Part shown: one piece after another, positions 1 to 11,573 of the stretch | Position numbering within the stretch: position 1 is the first letter of the stretch | Layout: the number at the start of each line of letters is the position of its first letter | Source of the DNA: Rhynchopus sp. YZ270_cl-10 | Lineage: Eukaryota | Direction of reading: 5' to 3' | NCBI GenBank assembly: GCA_964035575.1 | Contig: OZ037834.1 | Location: 1,364,001-1,428,000, forward strand | Length of the DNA stretch: 64,000 nt | Program-made: the position numbers and the translations under genes | Notes under the pieces: model-generated | What the model was told of the DNA's origin: nothing | The model's database searches: none | The model's input: the letters and a program-made list of their open reading frames with translations, nothing else

Positions 1-9
1 CCTGTATAA

Positions 10-1620
10 TTAATACCCTCTATCAAAAAAAACAACAACACCTATAGTCTTATCATGGAATACCTTTGCATCGCTCTCTGCTGTCAACTGGTCTAGCAGC
101 TCTGTTTCGTGCACGGCCTTGAGCGCGTTGCACACAGAATCGAAATGACGCCTTGTGAACACAATCTGCAGGCGTTTAAGCTCCTCAACAATCTCAAGAA
201 TGGGCTCAGGCTTTTTAAAGCTACTGATCGTTTGCAGAAGGTTGTTCACAAGCCTGGGCTGAAGCTCTTCTAAGCGGTCACCACTGTGGTGAAAGAAACT
301 CCTGTCGTCGAGTTTCTCTCGAGGAAACTTACGGTGCAGCCGATGGGAGATGAGGCCCTTTGTGATCTTCTCCCAGATGCCTACGATCAATCTGTAAAAT
401 GAATCGTTTGGGTTTCTTGCAGAGGCTCCCGCCGTCGTAAGCAAAACTGAATACGTAAACGAATTTGGCACGACCTGCGCCTTGCGCATTCTTCTGTATG
501 CCATCTTCATTCCTACTACATCATCGGCCCTCCGGTATACCCCCAGCACCGCAGTGTGGACAAAGACATTAGGTCTAATCCCTGCATCAATCATTTCAGC
601 AAAGAGGTCCTCTGCGATTTCTGTGTCCTCCCGCTGCTCGCCCAACCCTTTCAGCATTGCGGTATAGGTTACCGCCGTCGCTTTGAGGCCCTGCGTTTTC
701 ATATCAGAAAAGGCGTCGATAGCGTCGGTAACGTTCCCCGTAGAGGATAGTGCGTTGATGTAGTTTGTGTACATCTGCAAGGTCGGCTGCATTTCCCATT
801 TTGTGACAACGACCTCCCAAAGTTCGCGCGCTTCTTTCTCAGATTTTTGATACGCTGCGCCACGGAGCAGAAATGCACCGCATCGCATAACCATCATCTC
901 CTTTGCCTCCTGTGGAATGCTTCCCGCCCGAAGAGAATCAGACTCTTTAAACAATGTCACCAAGCTCTCAAACAACTCCCATGCCCTCGATGTATTCAAA
1001 TTAGCGTTTCTTTCGGTGTATCCCTTAATCATCGCTACATACACCTGAGGAAGCGGGACCATCGCACTGTACGCCCCTTGACCCAGCTTTGCAATAAGTT
1101 TTTCAGCTGACACCATTTTCCCTGCCGCGCAATGACATGCAACCATCGCAGAAAAGCTGTTTGCGCCAAGATGATGACGGTTTTTTATCCCATGAATATA
1201 CAATGACTGTGCTTTGTTCGCTTCTATAAGCTTTTCTTTGGTGGAGCCCTGCATTTTAATTCTGCTTTTGCAGTGAATCAGCAGAATAGAAAAGGCAGCG
1301 TCTACGAGACGCACGGTTTTCTCCAACTCCTCAAGGATTTCTTGTGGATGGGGTGCGTTTTTCGCCGCGCAAAGCAGCTTCAACGTGGTAGGCCCCGATG
1401 CTTTCTTCGCCTGAGGCAGAAGCTCGGCATACTCTGGATCCGGCGAGACCATACCCCATCCTTCCTTGGGGTCGTCATACAACGCGCTCACCTTCTCCCC
1501 CTTCTTATGCTCAACCACTTTCTCCGTTTTTATGTCAAATGCTTCCACAGCGCCCCAATCAATTTGTTCTGTCTTCTTCGGTGTGTGTGTAAACAACCTT
1601 TTGCACACAAAGCGTTTCAT
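10..1620 (-). CDS. Pentatricopeptide-repeat (PPR) protein, probably mitochondrial, ~536 aa
   Basis: Tandem 35-aa PPR motifs (PTLQMYTNYINALSSTGNVTDAIDAFSDMKTQGLK; ATAVTYTAMLKGL..AEDLFAEMIDAGIR; PNVFVHTAVLGVY..; PNSFTYSVLL). Start placed at MKRFVCKRLF (ATG at 1620), a basic presequence-like N-terminus; the upstream ORF extension is low-complexity UTR-like sequence. Confidence 0.9.
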   Translation of the reverse strand: MKRFVCKRLFTHTPKKTEQIDWGAVEAFDIKTEKVVEHKKGEKVSALYDDPKEGWGMVSPDPEYAELLPQAKKASGPTTLKLLCAAKNAPHPQEILEELEKTVRLVDAAFSILLIHCKSRIKMQGSTKEKLIEANKAQSLYIHGIKNRHHLGANSFSAMVACHCAAGKMVSAEKLIAKLGQGAYSAMVPLPQVYVAMIKGYTERNANLNTSRAWELFESLVTLFKESDSLRAGSIPQEAKEMMVMRCGAFLLRGAAYQKSEKEARELWEVVVTKWEMQPTLQMYTNYINALSSTGNVTDAIDAFSDMKTQGLKATAVTYTAMLKGLGEQREDTEIAEDLFAEMIDAGIRPNVFVHTAVLGVYRRADDVVGMKMAYRRMRKAQVVPNSFTYSVLLTTAGASARNPNDSFYRLIVGIWEKITKGLISHRLHRKFPREKLDDRSFFHHSGDRLEELQPRLVNNLLQTISSFKKPEPILEIVEELKRLQIVFTRRHFDSVCNALKAVHETELLDQLTAESDAKVFHDKTIGVVVFFDRGY

Positions 1621-2228
1621 TGTGAGCAGTGGGGTAGGATAGGGTAGGGTGTGGTGTGGGGTTTCTGGGAAGTGGTTTTTGGGGGGGGTGGGGGGGAGGG
1701 GGGGAGGGGGAAAGTGGTTGGAGAAGAGAGACGTTTTTGGAGGAAAAAAAAAAAAGAAATGGAAATCATGTAAAATTTCCGTAGAAACAAAAGGGGAGGA
1801 AAAGGCGGGAGGGGTGCGTTCTTTGTATGTCATAGCGCCCTAGCTTTCCCCCATACCCCACAGACGATACTAGAATAAACGGGGTTCACTTCAGCGGCGA
1901 ACATAATTTTTTTTTTTTGTACCCACTGTCGGCCGAAAAAGCTTACTGCAAAAGGTATAGACTGCAGGTGGTCCTCCTTAGGAGTAACTCATTTTTGCTT
2001 TTGGCTGAACTTTTACTTCGCTCCAAAAGCGTAACGTTCCCTTTTTTCTGTTTGCTTCTGAATACCCCCTGAGAGATACAAATATATACCGTGCAGCGGG
2101 GGGGGTGGACAGTGTTCCTAACGCTAGTTTTAAACTAAACGTTTTAAACGTTTTAAATTCTAAACGTTTTAAACTGTTTTAAACGTTTTAAACTCGAATA
2201 AAAAACGGTGGTGAATTTTGGCTTTTCA

Positions 2229-5138
2229 CACGGTGGCCCATTCCTACCCTTAGGGTAGGGTCCGCGGGGGGTACCCCATGGGGTACCCCCCAGACTACCC
2301 CATGGGGTACCCCATGGGGTACCCCATGGGGTACCCCCCAAATCTGAGGGGTACCCCATGGGGTACCCCCCAGACTACCCCCGGGGGTACCCCATGGGGT
2401 ACCCCGCGCGGACCCTGACTGGCACTGGGGGTACACAGGTACACAGGTACACAGGTACACAGGTACACAGGTACACAGGTACACAGGTACACAGGTACAC
2501 AGGTACACAGGTACACAGGTACACAGGTACACAGGTACACAGGTACACAGGTACAGCCAGAGTGCCAGAGTCAAGGGTCCGCGCGGGGTCCGCCCCCCGA
2601 TGACATAACGAAGTATCGCTTGAAAATACCGTTCAATATATGTTGCTTGGTGTGCATGAAGAAGGACACACAAGGTATATCAAACGATAAATCAATCAGA
2701 TAAACGTTACATCATCGGAAAATTGTTGGCACCGCCCCCCTGTCTTCGTATTTATTACCCCGTCGACAGGCCAAACAGCGTTGGGCTCAGAAGAAGCAGT
2801 GCAAGACAGTCACTGGGGATCAACATGAGAACCAACTCCCAACAACACAGGCTACCGAAGTAGCAGGTGGGGTGTTGCGGGTGTTTGGGGTGAGAAAATC
2901 GATTTTGGTAAGTTGCAGCAGAACATTCTTAAGTTCGCACTAGTCGAGAGAGGCTTACCCGCTGCAGTGAAGCAGTGCACCCATTTAAGGGTGGAGAAGC
3001 GTGACACGCACATACAAGTATGTACGTTACTTCAACAAAGGCTGAATTCTGGTAATTCTAAGGGATGTGAATTCAGCCACCACGCAGGTAGTGTTTTAAG
3101 GTTCCTCGCTTTGTGCTGCACAGCGGACTCATGACACAAAGGAGTTGCCCCCGCTCTCTTTCGCGCAAATTTAAGAAAATTCTGAAGTAACTACAACCTG
3201 GCGTGCGGGTACAGATGCATTGCTTTGTTCTTTCCTCAAAGTCATATCTGATCTCTCGGGTCTGTACTAAAGTCAGTGTTTAGATAAGCATCCACTTGAC
3301 TCGTTCTAACAACCGTTGAAATCTAGAACAAAAAGAACAAAACAATACACTGCCCCTTCTCACACCAAGCCGCCATGCTTCAAGAGCATGCCCTGGGCAA
3401 AAATTACTGTGACAAAAATTGGTTTTCTGGGGGAACGCGATATTTTCTTGTGCCTACTGTAGTCCTCCGCAAGAGCAGAGGACAGACTTTCCGGATCCCG
3501 AAGTCGAATTTTTTGCACTAGCTATGCTCCCTGGGTTAAATGGCTATAGCAGTGACTGACTAAGAGTTTCATAATAATTGGGGCGGTCTATGGGGTGGGT
3601 TAATGGAAAAATTGGTTTAAAAACCCAACTTTTGCGGTCCCCACCCGGTTTGCAATAATTGCACCAGCTCTTCCATCGGCACTGTTTCGCTGTCACGATG
3701 AAGGGTCGTCGGTTCGGGTACCTGTTGAGAGAAATTGAGTGCAAAAGTAGAGACTACAACAAAAAAAATCAAACAAACAAACAAGAAGCCGCTCCGTACC
3801 TCTTCCATGCAAAAAAGAAAGTAAAAGACTGCCCTTCCTCAGTCCGGAAGTAGCACCTCATCCGGTTCCCTGACGTAAAAGAGTTGTAGAGGTTACGAGA
3901 TGCCATGATAAAAAAGTAAAAGTGACAATTTTGACAATAAAAATATGCTTCGATTTACATCCGAGCGGGACAAAGGCGAAAAGGGGGAGCGGGGGTGTAA
4001 AAACCGGGGCTTAAAAACATACCTTGCAGCACTCGCTCGGCCTACTCTCCAGGTACGAGAACATCACTGCACGAACAATCCCACTGATACTGATACCTGC
4101 ATTCTATTTGTTGCCACATGGTAAAAATGACCAAAACTTCGACCAATTTTTTTTTTCTTCACAATTTGCTCATTGAGGCTTTGTATTTTTTGGGCCATTT
4201 ATGACCTACCACGCCCGATTTTGGGCGAGAAGAAAAAAAAATTTGGGTCAAAAATCGACGCGTCTTTGGTAAAATCACGACTTTTCGGGCGCGAAACTAC
4301 GTTTTAGACCCCCACAGATGCTCAAAAGTGCCAAATTTTGCTTTTAATGGCCTCAAAGGATCACGGGAGCACCCCTCGTAATTACGAGGGCTCCCCACGC
4401 CGTGACGTCGTCATTGCGCGCGTAATTTCCCACGTATGCGGGCGTGGTTGGTCATAAAATGGCCCAAAAACCCCAAACAAAACCTCAGATTGACCAAATC
4501 GAGGAAAAATTGTCAAGTCGAAATTTCAGCCAAAATACGGTCATTTTGGTTATACCCCGCGGTGTATGCAGTAGCTAGAACACGTACACAGCTAAGTTCC
4601 TAAGCGATTTCCTTCACATTTTTCATGAAAAATTGGTCAAAAATCGACTTGTCTTTGGTAAAAAAACCACGAAAAATCGGCTGCGCAAAACCACGTTTTA
4701 GACCCCCACAGATGCTCAAAAGTGCCAATTTTTGCTTTTAATGGCCTCAAATCGTCGAAATTAGGCCTATATAGGGCAAAAAAAAATTTTTGAGAGTCCC
4801 TTTCCCTGGGAGGCAATAGCCACCGGGTGTGCAGGGGGTACCCCGGGGGGTACCCCCCAGGGTCCGCGGGGGTACCCCATGGGGTACCCCCGCGGACCCT
4901 GAGGGGTACCCCATGGGGTACCCCCGCGGACCCTGGGGGGTACCCCTCGGGGTACCCCAAACCCCCCAAAGGGTACCCCGCGCGGACCCTACCCAACCCT
5001 GTGGGGTACCCCCTGGGGTAGCCCACGCGAGGGGGTACCCCCCGCGGACCCTACCCTGTGTGGTACCCTACCCTGCGGGGTACCCCTTTTGGGGGTACCC
5101 CCGGGGGTACCCCCAAAAGGGTCCGCTGGGCCACCGTG
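2229..5138. mobile_element. CACGG-terminated non-autonomous TIR element, copy 1 (CMC/CACTA-like), nested in the hAT element
   Basis: TIR CACGGTGGCCCA (2229-2240) / TGGGCCACCGTG (5127-5138). 2-bp flanks CA/CA. Inverted subterminal GGGGTACCCC and GGGTCCGCGG arrays at 2252-2417 and 4834-5125. Internal blocks are shared with the copies at 22743 and 35952. Confidence 0.8.
2431..2554. repeat. (GTACACAG)n microsatellite
   Basis: About 15 near-perfect 8-mer units, directly visible. Confidence 0.97.
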
Positions 5139-5287
5139 CAGGCAAAAAAAAAAAAATTTTTTTTTTTTTTTTACAGGCAAAAAAAAATGTCTTTGCGAAA
5201 AAATGTGGTATTTTCCTCTTTGCTGAACTTTTCAGTGGCAGCAGGCACGGTGTAATTAGACACCGCATGGTGTCTAATTACAAGGTG

Positions 5288-5735
5288 CCACCAGCTCTGC
5301 CTGATAGGCCGAGCAGAGTGTGCCTGCGCCACTGGATGCTTGGTGTGCCCCCTTTGGTGTAGTGGAGCCGTCGTTGTGGTAGAAGATGGCCCCCACTCCT
5401 CCTTGGGGGTGCGCTGATCTGGTAGTCAGTGAAGCGCGTAGTGTTCTGTTTACCGTGTGCAAGGATCTGTCTGTGTAGACGCGTCCCGTGTGGGGTGGCA
5501 GAGCCGCAAGAGCCAGTTCCGTCCTTTGCCGGTTCTCTTCGCTGCTTGCAGAGTCACTCTTGCTGACACCCGGTATTTCTGGTGATCAGCACGTCATTCA
5601 GCGTACGATCCCACTCCCACGGTGACACGGGGTTGTGGTCCAGTAAGGGTGCGCGTACGCTGTGGCGATAGGCTCCCGTCTCCTCCACAGTCTCTATCGC
5701 TCCGGCAAGCCAGCTGTCGCCTGCAGGTAGCTTAG
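5288..5735 (-). pseudogene. Non-LTR retrotransposon (ingi/L1Tc-like) RNase H region relic
   Basis: Minus strand reads RVYTDRS...QGGVGAIFY...ASSGAGTLCSAYQAELVA, matching the RNase H YTDGS..G.GA..AE..A pattern. It is preceded in another frame by RAPLLDHNPVSPWEW, which resembles the RT-RNase H linker. Disrupted by a stop and a frameshift. Confidence 0.6.
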
Positions 5736-5942
5736 TCGATATCGCAGCAGCTCTACCAGGGGAGTCCTCCACCCGCATGAACTTCTCCAGGTCGTCCGCC
5801 GCTGCTGTTGTGGACAGAGAAGACACAGTGGTGTCCCATGGTGTCCCCATCACACACTAGCCCACTCAACTTATCTTTTTCTCATGCAGGTGCGTGCAGA
5901 TCTCCTCCGCATTGTGCAAGTCCTCCTCCAAAACTTTTGTGC

Positions 5943-6260
5943 TTACAGGGCGGGCATCCGCACCCTCGCGACAAGGGTGAACACCTTCTCGTCGTTGTGC
6001 GCCTTCCAGCCATCAACGTATACCGAGATGTGCAGGCTCTTTGCTAGGGCTGCTCTCACAGGAACCATGACCCTGTCATACTCAGCCTTAAGTACCCTGT
6101 TACCCATCTGGAACCCGCTGGGAATTTTTGACACATCAAATGCTGGCACCAAGCGCTTGATCAGCCAGGTTTTAGCGCACTCATTAGGGTACCGTACAGG
6201 AAACAAGTTAGCAGGAGAAACCAAGAAAAACCAGGCTAAATTGACCCCAGATGCACCAAA
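5943..6260 (-). pseudogene. hAT transposase fragment containing the first catalytic Asp region
   Basis: LVPAFDVSKIPSGFQMGNRVLKAEYDRVMVPVRAALAKSLHISVYVDGWKAHNDEK fits the hAT pattern (L.P.y..Ps...l...ll...y.....L....si..DgW). Truncated by a stop and located inside the hAT TIRs. Confidence 0.7.
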
Positions 6261-7927
6261 ACTATGATTTTTGATACAGAAAAAAAAAATTCGAAAAATT
6301 CCCCCCACTTTTTTTACGTTTTTTTGTGCAGAACTGTCACCCGTTTTTTATTCGAGTTTTAAACGTTTAAAACGTTTAAAACGTTTAAAACGCGTTTTAA
6401 ATAATTTAAAACGTTTAAAACGTTTTAAACGTTTTAAACGCAAAATTAGGAACACTGGGGGTGGAGGGGGGGAGTAAAATTTAAAAAAAAATCATGACAG
6501 TGGGGGATTTACATAAGGAGTTCCATTCACCAGGTTCACCCCTTCTCCCCTTCCACGCACCACGCAATCGGCCAATCAGTCTACAATCGAGAGGCAAGCA
6601 GAGAGGGGGAGTGGAAGCTGAAAACGTTATAAACCCTCTTGGTGGAGGCAGCTAGGCACTGAAGGTGGTTTTTTGTGCATTTTTTTTTTTTTTTGAAAAA
6701 ATAATTAGAAACTTAACACTCCTCGTACATTAAAAAAACCCCATGGGAGGAGCTTGTGAAACGCACACATCTCGACCTGTTTGGGTGAGGCGTGGCCCTC
6801 TGCAGCGCGGTTCGCGCCCCAGAATCGCAAAAGTGTTCAAAATGCTTTGTTTTATATTTCCTCTTTCATTTTATGAGGTGGCAAAAATAAATAGGATATG
6901 GGGTGTACCCCACCAATGTGACTCTCAACACAAATCATCCGCATTGCGAGAAAATACAAGACAGAAACAAAAAAAGGTTCGTAACATAGCCTCCCTCTGT
7001 CTCTCAGGATTTTTTTGTCCCCTACAAAAAAAATACAGAGAGTTGATCAAATCCTAATAAAAACGCGGTCCGTTTGTGGAGGGATTTTCATTGGGTGATC
7101 CACAGCAAAATAGCCCCCCCTTTTTTGGGGAAGCCCTTTTTTTGTGCTATCGTAGGTAGTGTTCGTGGTAAAAAGAAAGGGAAAATAAAGAGGGGAAAAG
7201 AAACGTTCATAAGATGAATCTAAGCCTCTCGCGCTTAGCCATCTTGAAAGGAGAGGAAAGTTATTTTTTTGTTTTTGTCGAACACAAAGAAGCGCTAATA
7301 AATGACAACCAGCCCCCTCAAAAAAAAAGTACTCCAAAAAGAAACGTTGAAAGTGCAAACGCCGCTGGCGGACATCTCGAAATTATTCAAAAATAAAAAA
7401 AGAGAGAGAGAGAAAGAGAAAAGGTTGGTAAGATAAACCTTATCCTCACTGCGTCCAATCTTCTTCAAAGCAAATTTGAAGGATTGTTTTGTAGCAACTG
7501 CACTATTCCAACAATATATCAAAAAAAAAAAAAGGAACCCCCAACAAAGGTACCCAACGTCTCTGTGTACGCAGGCACGAATTTTTTTTCAAAAAAAAAA
7601 AAAACCACACAAACCACCTAATTTTGACCCGAATTTGGGCAGAAGTTGCTACCGGGCCAAAATTAGATGGACAAAAAAAAAAAAATCATTACATTTTTCC
7701 AAAATTTTCAGCTCCGACCCCATTTAGAATATACCCCTGGGAAAACCAGCAATGAAACAATACTCTTTCACATCCCCCATCCCCTCCCCTTTTCCCCCTT
7801 CTCCTCCTCCTCCTCTTCCTCCCCCTTCCCCTTCCCCCCCTCAATCATGATAAATATTACCATGCAAACCCCTACTTCTCCTCCTCCTCCTCCTCCTCCC
7901 CTTATCCCATTCTTTCTGTTCTCCCTT

Positions 7928-10450
7928 CTAAACAAAGGCAGGAGGATCACCGAGCAACATTCGGAAGTAATAATGGAAGAGATGGGTGTATTTGTTGTTG
8001 TAGTCGAAGTCCTCCAGGACCATAAGCTCGGTGAGGCATTGAGGATGGCGTGCGGTGAGCTGAGAGCTTTTCACGACAAACTGACTGCCTTCTACGTCTG
8101 GGAGGATTTTGGTTAGCGCTTCGGGAGAGGTCGGCCACTTTCCTGTTGCGCAAAACCGAGCCGCATTGATCCTGCTCCACCCATGCTCCCCAAGCAACTC
8201 CGCCACCGGCGCTGGCGACACCCAAACCCTCCCAGGGAAATCCAAAAACTGAAACACATCCCCACCCCCCAACTTCGCCACCCCCCTCTCAATCGCCTCA
8301 AGCAGCTCCGGGGTTAGCGTTTCATCGCCTCGGAGAAAGACCAAAAAGTCTCTCATGGGACGTTCTTCGTGACTCAGATAATTCAAATAACCTCGAATAT
8401 GGGTTCTCTGCCCTTTATGCACTCCAGCAGCAGGGCGGCGGGTGAATACGTCATAACCATGCTTTAACAACCCTGCGGTGAGGGCCGTGATTTTTGCATC
8501 TTGTGTAGGGTTTGCAGGAAGGTATGGGCTTTTATAGTCAAGCCCGGTGATGATCAGAGTACGTCTCGCGAGATCGGAGGAGTATGTAGAACGTTCAGGC
8601 CAGACCCCAAATCGGTTGGTTTTGAGGCTAGGGGTGAGACCCGCTGATTCAAAAACAGAGAGATAGTCTTCTGAGGGGGGTGCTTCGCATGTATCGTCAC
8701 CTACGTCAATTGAGGTCTTTTCGAAGAAGAAGAGATGCCAAACCAGTTCGTACCAAATTCCATGGCAAGAAGGGTCCTCATGGAAATTGTCCATTGCTTG
8801 GTACAGTGCAGGGGGGTTTTTGTCGATGAGGGTCATCGGGATGACGTGTTGTGCACAACAGATATGGTTTGACCTTGCAAAATCCTCCTTCGGGATAGGC
8901 TTCCACTCCCCAAACACTTTGTTAAATGTCGTCAAAATCGAGGCAACGTGCTGGTTCGCGCGGAAGTTTGGCACCCTATAGATTGGAGTAAACCTCTCCG
9001 ATCGTACAGCGCATTCCGCAGCGTCTGCTACCAAGCTGATCAAATCTACGTCTCTCTGATGTCTCTGGCTTGAGTAGTGTCCATGCAAAAACGCGACACT
9101 TTGTCTCTGAGGACGGCTCCCAGATCGATCATTCAGGTATTTGATGTAACCCCAATTCTCTCTACACCTCCCCCCTTTTCCACAGGAAATTCTAGTCTTC
9201 CAAACGGTAAACCCAGCCGCAACTAATTGAGGTGAAGCATCGTCAGAACCGCCACCAATAACCACTAGGACATCCTTTTTGTGCATCGGAGCAGTCGGGT
9301 TTGTTGTCCAAAAACCGGCCTCGTTTTGGTGGTATGTGATCCGTGTGGTGTCCAGAGGGATTTCGCTGGAAGCCAAAAACTTTGCATCCTTGAATTCCAA
9401 AAAGCGGTCTGTGAACATAACAGAAAAGAGGTATCCATAGTCTTGATACGTTTCGTGCCCGCAGTGGAGGGTGTGTTGGTACAGTGTATTGTAGAATTCA
9501 TAGGAGTAGAGGTCAAGCCGGTCAGAGCGGACCGCAAATTGTGTTGCCACACCGCGAGAGTCAAATGCCTTAGCAAGCTCGGTCTGCTTAGCATTAATTT
9601 CTTCGTAATGGAAAAACCTCGCAAATTGTCCAATAAAATCCGCAAATTGCTCGAATGTTTTGACCATAGTTGTTTCCGTCGCAGGAGTACCCCTCTTCGC
9701 CCTCGTTGCGATGGGTGCGATATCATTGGTATTCCCTTGCACAGTTTTTATCGCAGTGTTGATATCAGCGATAACGTTTGTAATGTATCCGGATCCTCCG
9801 CCTAACGCTTCTGCGGCGGAGATGAATACGGTGTATTCACCGCGAGGGGTGGAGGGGCGTTCATCTTGCATGTACTGTACGAATCCGACGTTGGGTTTGC
9901 ACATCGGGCGAGACTCGTCGACGCAGTACTTTACCTTTGGATACCACACCGTCACGCCATATTCCGCAATAGCCCCCGCCACCTCCGCATCCATCCTGCT
10001 CCCCCCAAGCACCACCACCACCCCAGGGTTGTGCTCTCCCTTCACCACCCATTGACCTCCATCGTTATTATCATTCTTCGCCGCACCCTGAATTCTCGAA
10101 AGCTCATACTTTGGCGGCAATTTGCTTGGCGCCATGGTTGGGGTTGGCGTCTTCGGTGGCCCTACATAATCTCCATGAGGCGCAACTTCTACCTTACCCT
10201 CCGGGACAGAGGGAGGGCTTGCAACAGGCGTCTCTGTGGTGATCTCTTTTGAGGTCCCTTCTGGGGTTAAATTCGGTGTCGAGACTAACGGCTCTCCCCC
10301 TCCCCCTCCACCTGCCGGTGAGCCCACATGCTTCGGGTCCCCAAACGACGGCACAGCAATCGACGATACCAACACCACTACAAGCACCAGAATGACAACT
10401 CTTCCAATGCTCCATGTGTTCTTTGCGGGGGGTGGGTGGTGGGGTCGCAT
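7928..10450 (-). CDS. Type II membrane protein with three tandem DUF3431-like (glycosyltransferase-like) domains, 840 aa
   Basis: N-terminal TM (VVILVLVVVLVSSIAV) and a Pro/Thr-rich stem. The best domain has VAFLHGH...HICCAQHVIP...PPALY...GIWYELVWHLFF (DUF3431 pattern FlH.H..CCAQF.V..G..fE..WH.iF). Two degenerate repeats flank it (ATQFAVRSDRL..GYLFSVMF; GSQFVVKSSQL..HYYFRMLL). Confidence 0.75.
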   Translation of the reverse strand: MRPHHPPPAKNTWSIGRVVILVLVVVLVSSIAVPSFGDPKHVGSPAGGGGGGEPLVSTPNLTPEGTSKEITTETPVASPPSVPEGKVEVAPHGDYVGPPKTPTPTMAPSKLPPKYELSRIQGAAKNDNNDGGQWVVKGEHNPGVVVVLGGSRMDAEVAGAIAEYGVTVWYPKVKYCVDESRPMCKPNVGFVQYMQDERPSTPRGEYTVFISAAEALGGGSGYITNVIADINTAIKTVQGNTNDIAPIATRAKRGTPATETTMVKTFEQFADFIGQFARFFHYEEINAKQTELAKAFDSRGVATQFAVRSDRLDLYSYEFYNTLYQHTLHCGHETYQDYGYLFSVMFTDRFLEFKDAKFLASSEIPLDTTRITYHQNEAGFWTTNPTAPMHKKDVLVVIGGGSDDASPQLVAAGFTVWKTRISCGKGGRCRENWGYIKYLNDRSGSRPQRQSVAFLHGHYSSQRHQRDVDLISLVADAAECAVRSERFTPIYRVPNFRANQHVASILTTFNKVFGEWKPIPKEDFARSNHICCAQHVIPMTLIDKNPPALYQAMDNFHEDPSCHGIWYELVWHLFFFEKTSIDVGDDTCEAPPSEDYLSVFESAGLTPSLKTNRFGVWPERSTYSSDLARRTLIITGLDYKSPYLPANPTQDAKITALTAGLLKHGYDVFTRRPAAGVHKGQRTHIRGYLNYLSHEERPMRDFLVFLRGDETLTPELLEAIERGVAKLGGGDVFQFLDFPGRVWVSPAPVAELLGEHGWSRINAARFCATGKWPTSPEALTKILPDVEGSQFVVKSSQLTARHPQCLTELMVLEDFDYNNKYTHLFHYYFRMLLGDPPAFV

Positions 10451-11573
10451 AAGGATAATAGAGAGCGAAGGAGTGGAGGAGTATGGGCAATGCCCAAATG
10501 AAAGGGGAGAGGGGGAAGGGGGGGTAAAGGGGGGGACCTAGAAAGAAGTGTGGGGTGTGTGTGTGGTTGATAACTAATAGGGGGTGATTGTTGCTTGCAG
10601 AGTATGGACTCGAAAGTGTGTGTGTGTAGTGCGGTAAGGAGGGGGGATTCGATGCTTCTCAGATCCCTTTGGTGCTTGATCATAAAAAAAAGAGGAAGGA
10701 GAGGGAGGGGAGGGGTCGTTTTTCGTTCATTGGTTGTTTCCTTTCCGTTTAAAAAATAAAGATAAACATAAAAATAAACAGGTACACTAAGGCGCGAAGG
10801 GGCTCATGTGTGTGACGAGGGGAGACAACAGCTGTCCACCTCTTCAGAGACATGTGCACCCTTTTATTCTCTTTGAAAAATATATTTTTGTATCGAGTCA
10901 AGCTGTCCGAAGACAACAAAGTCACCTAGGCGAAAATGAATTTCAAAAGGTATAGATGCAGATCATCTTCATACCCAATGATACCCAAATGATTTACCTT
11001 TTTTTTAATACAACACGTGGTCGCTGCTTTCTGCGTCAAGGGGTAATGAATTTTTCGTTTATAGAAAATGCGTTTGGTTGGTCTGTGTCCTCTTGTGCAT
11101 ATGCAACCTTTCCACATTCCTCTTTTCAGGCATTCTTTTATGCGCATTCTGTGGGGGAAAAAAAAACGAACGAATGTGACTCCCCCCTTTATTTATTTTT
11201 TTTCTCAGCCAGTGCCCTTTTCTCTCCCTCTCCGCTGTGTCGCCAGAAAGAAGAAAAAATAAAAGCAAAAAAAAAAAAACAAAGGGGAGAGCACAATTAT
11301 TCTAACACAACAGATACCCTTCCTATACGGAGTCCCTATGCCCCATCTCTTTGTCAATATCGTTTTGTAATAATAAAAAAAATTGCCATTCAACTGAATG
11401 AAAGGGACGGCCCAAGCAGAACCGTCGATGAACACAGACACCCCATTTTTTTCCCCTTAACCACCCTTATTGAAAGGGACCCCATTTTTTTCTCTACAAC
11501 TTTAAACCCCCACCCCCTATCCCCTGTCCCCCTTATCCTCTTTTCCTTTTTTTAGTTCAGTTGAAGTTCAAAT

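Larger units (their letters stand above)
2110..6457. mobile_element. hAT-superfamily DNA transposon (defective) with nested insertions
   Basis: TIRs CAGTGTTCCTAA (2110) / TTAGGAACACTG (ends 6457). Subterminal TTTAAAACG arrays and an inverted AAACTCGAATAAAAAACGG lie at both ends. Exact 8-bp TSD GGGGTGGA at 2102-2109 and 6458-6465. Internal transposase fragment. Confidence 0.9.

Noticed and set aside
1621..1833. N-terminal extension of the 607-aa ORF
   Set aside because: Poly-F/poly-P from homopolymer runs; the protein-like sequence starts at MKRF (1620).
9281..10252. Overlapping + strand ORFs opposite the long CDSs (also 13541-14186, 21205-21657, 44231-44884)
   Set aside because: Antisense shadows of GC-rich coding sequence with no independent protein features.
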